A DNA stretch of 63,914 nucleotides, filler included, from Folioceros fuciformis (taxonomy: Eukaryota): the NCBI GenBank assembly GCA_049999805.1. It is 5 parts of 5 records of this genome, joined end to end, with 100 filler letters (N's around TTAATTAATTAA, not from the genome) between each part and the next. Parts side by side here need not be neighbours in the genome. Positions count along the whole stretch, not along the records: positions 61,897 to 63,914 come from JBNGIO010003147.1; 4 more parts are not named here. One strand, written 5' to 3'. Below, one piece after another: positions 61,897 through 63,914 of the stretch. Position 1 is the stretch's first letter. Each line of letters opens with the position of its first letter. A program made the translations under genes and the position numbers. The notes beneath the pieces were generated by a model. The model saw only the letters and a list, made by a program, of their open reading frames with translations, did no database searches and was not told the DNA's origin.

Positions 61897-63373
61897 CCTG
61901 CCTCTAGCTCTAGCTAGGGCATGGCCTCCACAGCCGTTCATGTCAGCCAAGCAATCAGCCAGCCTATCGTCAGACCCTGACCCCTGACACTGACATACCT
62001 AGATACCCGTTCCTATGTTCAAACCATTATTTTATTATATTATTATTTAATCATTTAATATTATATATCTTTAATTAATATTAAACTAATCACCCAACCC
62101 TATGGCCTGGTACCGAACCTAAACCTTCCCAGGTCTGGGACCAAACCCATACCCACTCTTATAACCAAACCAACTATTTCCTGGTCAATTAACCCAATTA
62201 GCACAAAGAAAAATAGGAAAAATAACCAGAAAATCAAGGAAAATTAGGGAAAATAAGTTGAAAAAGAAAACAAACCATACCACTATTAACCCTTTTTCAA
62301 CCAAAACAAACTACTACCCCAAACTTTGGAGGTTCACACGCCTCCACGTCTCACTCCTGGATTTTGGAACACAGCAGCCCCTCACTTGTAGTCCTTGAGG
62401 CCAGGATGTGCAGACCCAGGCTAGATAGCCTCCTCGGCTCACAAACCTGCAATCCGTCGCCTTGGAAACCCCTTAGGGACGTCAAGGTACCCCAACCACC
62501 CAACCAGCCTGCAAGAAAGGTAAGCCCCTGCGGATCTGACCACCCAGATCTCAGCGATTTTGGGAGCCGCCATGTTCCCCTAGTGGCATGGGGAATCAAG
62601 GCCGAGGTGCATCTGCACACTGGATTAACCCTCTAACCCAGCAGCCTGCACACAAGGTTAAGGGAGCTCTCACCAAAAAAACGTCCCCCTCAATGACAGG
62701 CCTGGTCTCTTATACCCTCTTGGCCAGGAACCCATGTCACTGCCTAACTAGGTCAACACGCCTCCGATAGAACCCTCCACTTGTCAAAACCCTAAACCTA
62801 CCTCCGACCTAATCCTAACCCTGACTCTGACCTAACCCTAACCCCGACTTGTGCCCTGGTTGCTTTTATCAAAATTAATCAACCTCTCAAAACTACCAAA
62901 ACTCACGAGTGCCTCTTGACACTCTCTTCCCCCCTCCGATCCTCTCCTTTCCCTTAGATCATCTACAACCCTTCAGAGACCCCACTGTCTTCAGATCCTT
63001 TCCTCCATTTTGCTGGCCAAGGCCCATGACCCGGTAAACCTACTCATCTAGTGCCTTGCAGCCCGTGTCCAGACAGCTAACCATCAGCCAGGGCATGGGC
63101 ACCTTCCCTTGCATCTGCAATTAGCCGGATCCGCCCGAGACCACAGCCCAAATCCCGCTGCCTTTCTTGCTTAGGATCCTGCAGCCAGGCTGCTGCCTGG
63201 CTTCTGAATCCATCCCCCAGCCGTCTCACGAGGGCCACACCTTGCTCCCCGCTTGGTAGGCCTGGCCACGATCCAGCCAGCTGCTGCTAGGCCAGCCACC
63301 TGCCGGGATTCCTCCCCGGCCAGGTTTGTAGCTTTCTCACTAATTAGCAGTGAGGTTGAAACGTGTCTCCACA
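61897..63373. mobile_element. Partial second member of the TGTGGAG..CTCCACA element family
   Basis: Shares 62350-62837 with 4312-4807 and has a similar GCC/GGATCC-rich tract. It ends GTCTCCACA at 63373, like 7857-7865. Confidence 0.6.
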
Positions 63374-63387
63374 ATTCCGTTCCATCC

Positions 63388-63914
63388 CTAGCGTCGTTGC
63401 CCTGTGAGTTGCTGTGACGCCATCTTGCATTGCGTGAAGAGCCGGCGCCGTTTGCGATCTTGCTTCACAGCTAGCACCAGACAATCAGAGTGCTTCATAC
63501 AGTATTTGGGAGTGTCTTCTTTCCCCAGGATCCTCCATAACAGTCCTCGTCTGCGCTGTCCCAGGATTATTGCAGAGGCTTCCAGCTCTTGGTATCCGAC
63601 ACTATGGTAGGGCCTTGATCACCTTCAACAACTATGATCTCCACTCTTGCCTCATGATTTTGACAGTCACACAACTCCTTGAGGAACAGAGCAAGCTGAT
63701 AACCTTTGAGCCGGAGGAGCCTACGAGTCTTGTCCACAACCTTGGCCCCGCCCTTAAGCAGGCATGTTGCATTGTGAACGGAGGAAGAAGGACGGCCAGG
63801 GATAAAGGGGTGCACATGCAACAAGGTGATAATGTCTCCCCTGCGGACCACATTGAGCATGGCCCAACGTAATGTAGCCCTTGCAGACTTCACATCATCC
63901 ACCACCATCCTCCT
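63388..63914 (-). pseudogene. Universal stress protein (USP, adenine-nucleotide alpha-hydrolase-like), frameshifted, 5' end outside the window
   Basis: MVVDDVKSARATLRWAMLNVVRRGDIITLLHV..VEIIVVEGDQGPTIVS. After a frameshift at ~63590 it continues ELEASAIILGQRR..YCMKHSDCLVLAVK. No introns seen. Confidence 0.75.

Overview
Eukaryotic, land-plant nuclear DNA with compact genes and short GT-AG introns, in five contigs joined by artificial 100-bp N/TTAATTAATTAA linkers. The DYW:KP-type PPR editing factor points to a hornwort or another seed-free lineage with U-to-C editing; this is inference, not proven. Intact genes: plastid ferredoxin-thioredoxin reductase catalytic subunit (last exon missing at a gap), FtsZ1, a DEK_C + 2xSWIB protein, an ACS10/12-like aminotransferase and a spliced Asp-box (BNR) sialidase-fold protein. 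Mobile DNA: a Ty3/gypsy integrase end, two degenerate Ty1/copia elements (one split by a 4-kb TG..CA insertion), a CRE-like non-LTR element and several tandem repeats. Three unusual domain fusions stand out. (1) A TORNADO1-like LRR-Roc-COR (Roco) gene ends in an animal-type caspase p20+p10 domain with the His/Cys dyad, NACRG and both Asp-pocket arginines. (2) Three PLS-PPR copies carry N-terminal OSB-type PDF ssDNA-binding motifs, and one of them ends in a DYW:KP domain. (3) A decayed DNMT3-like C5 methyltransferase lies next to a retroviral-type protease remnant. All three carry inactivating lesions in this window, so intact paralogues need to be sought elsewhere in the genome.
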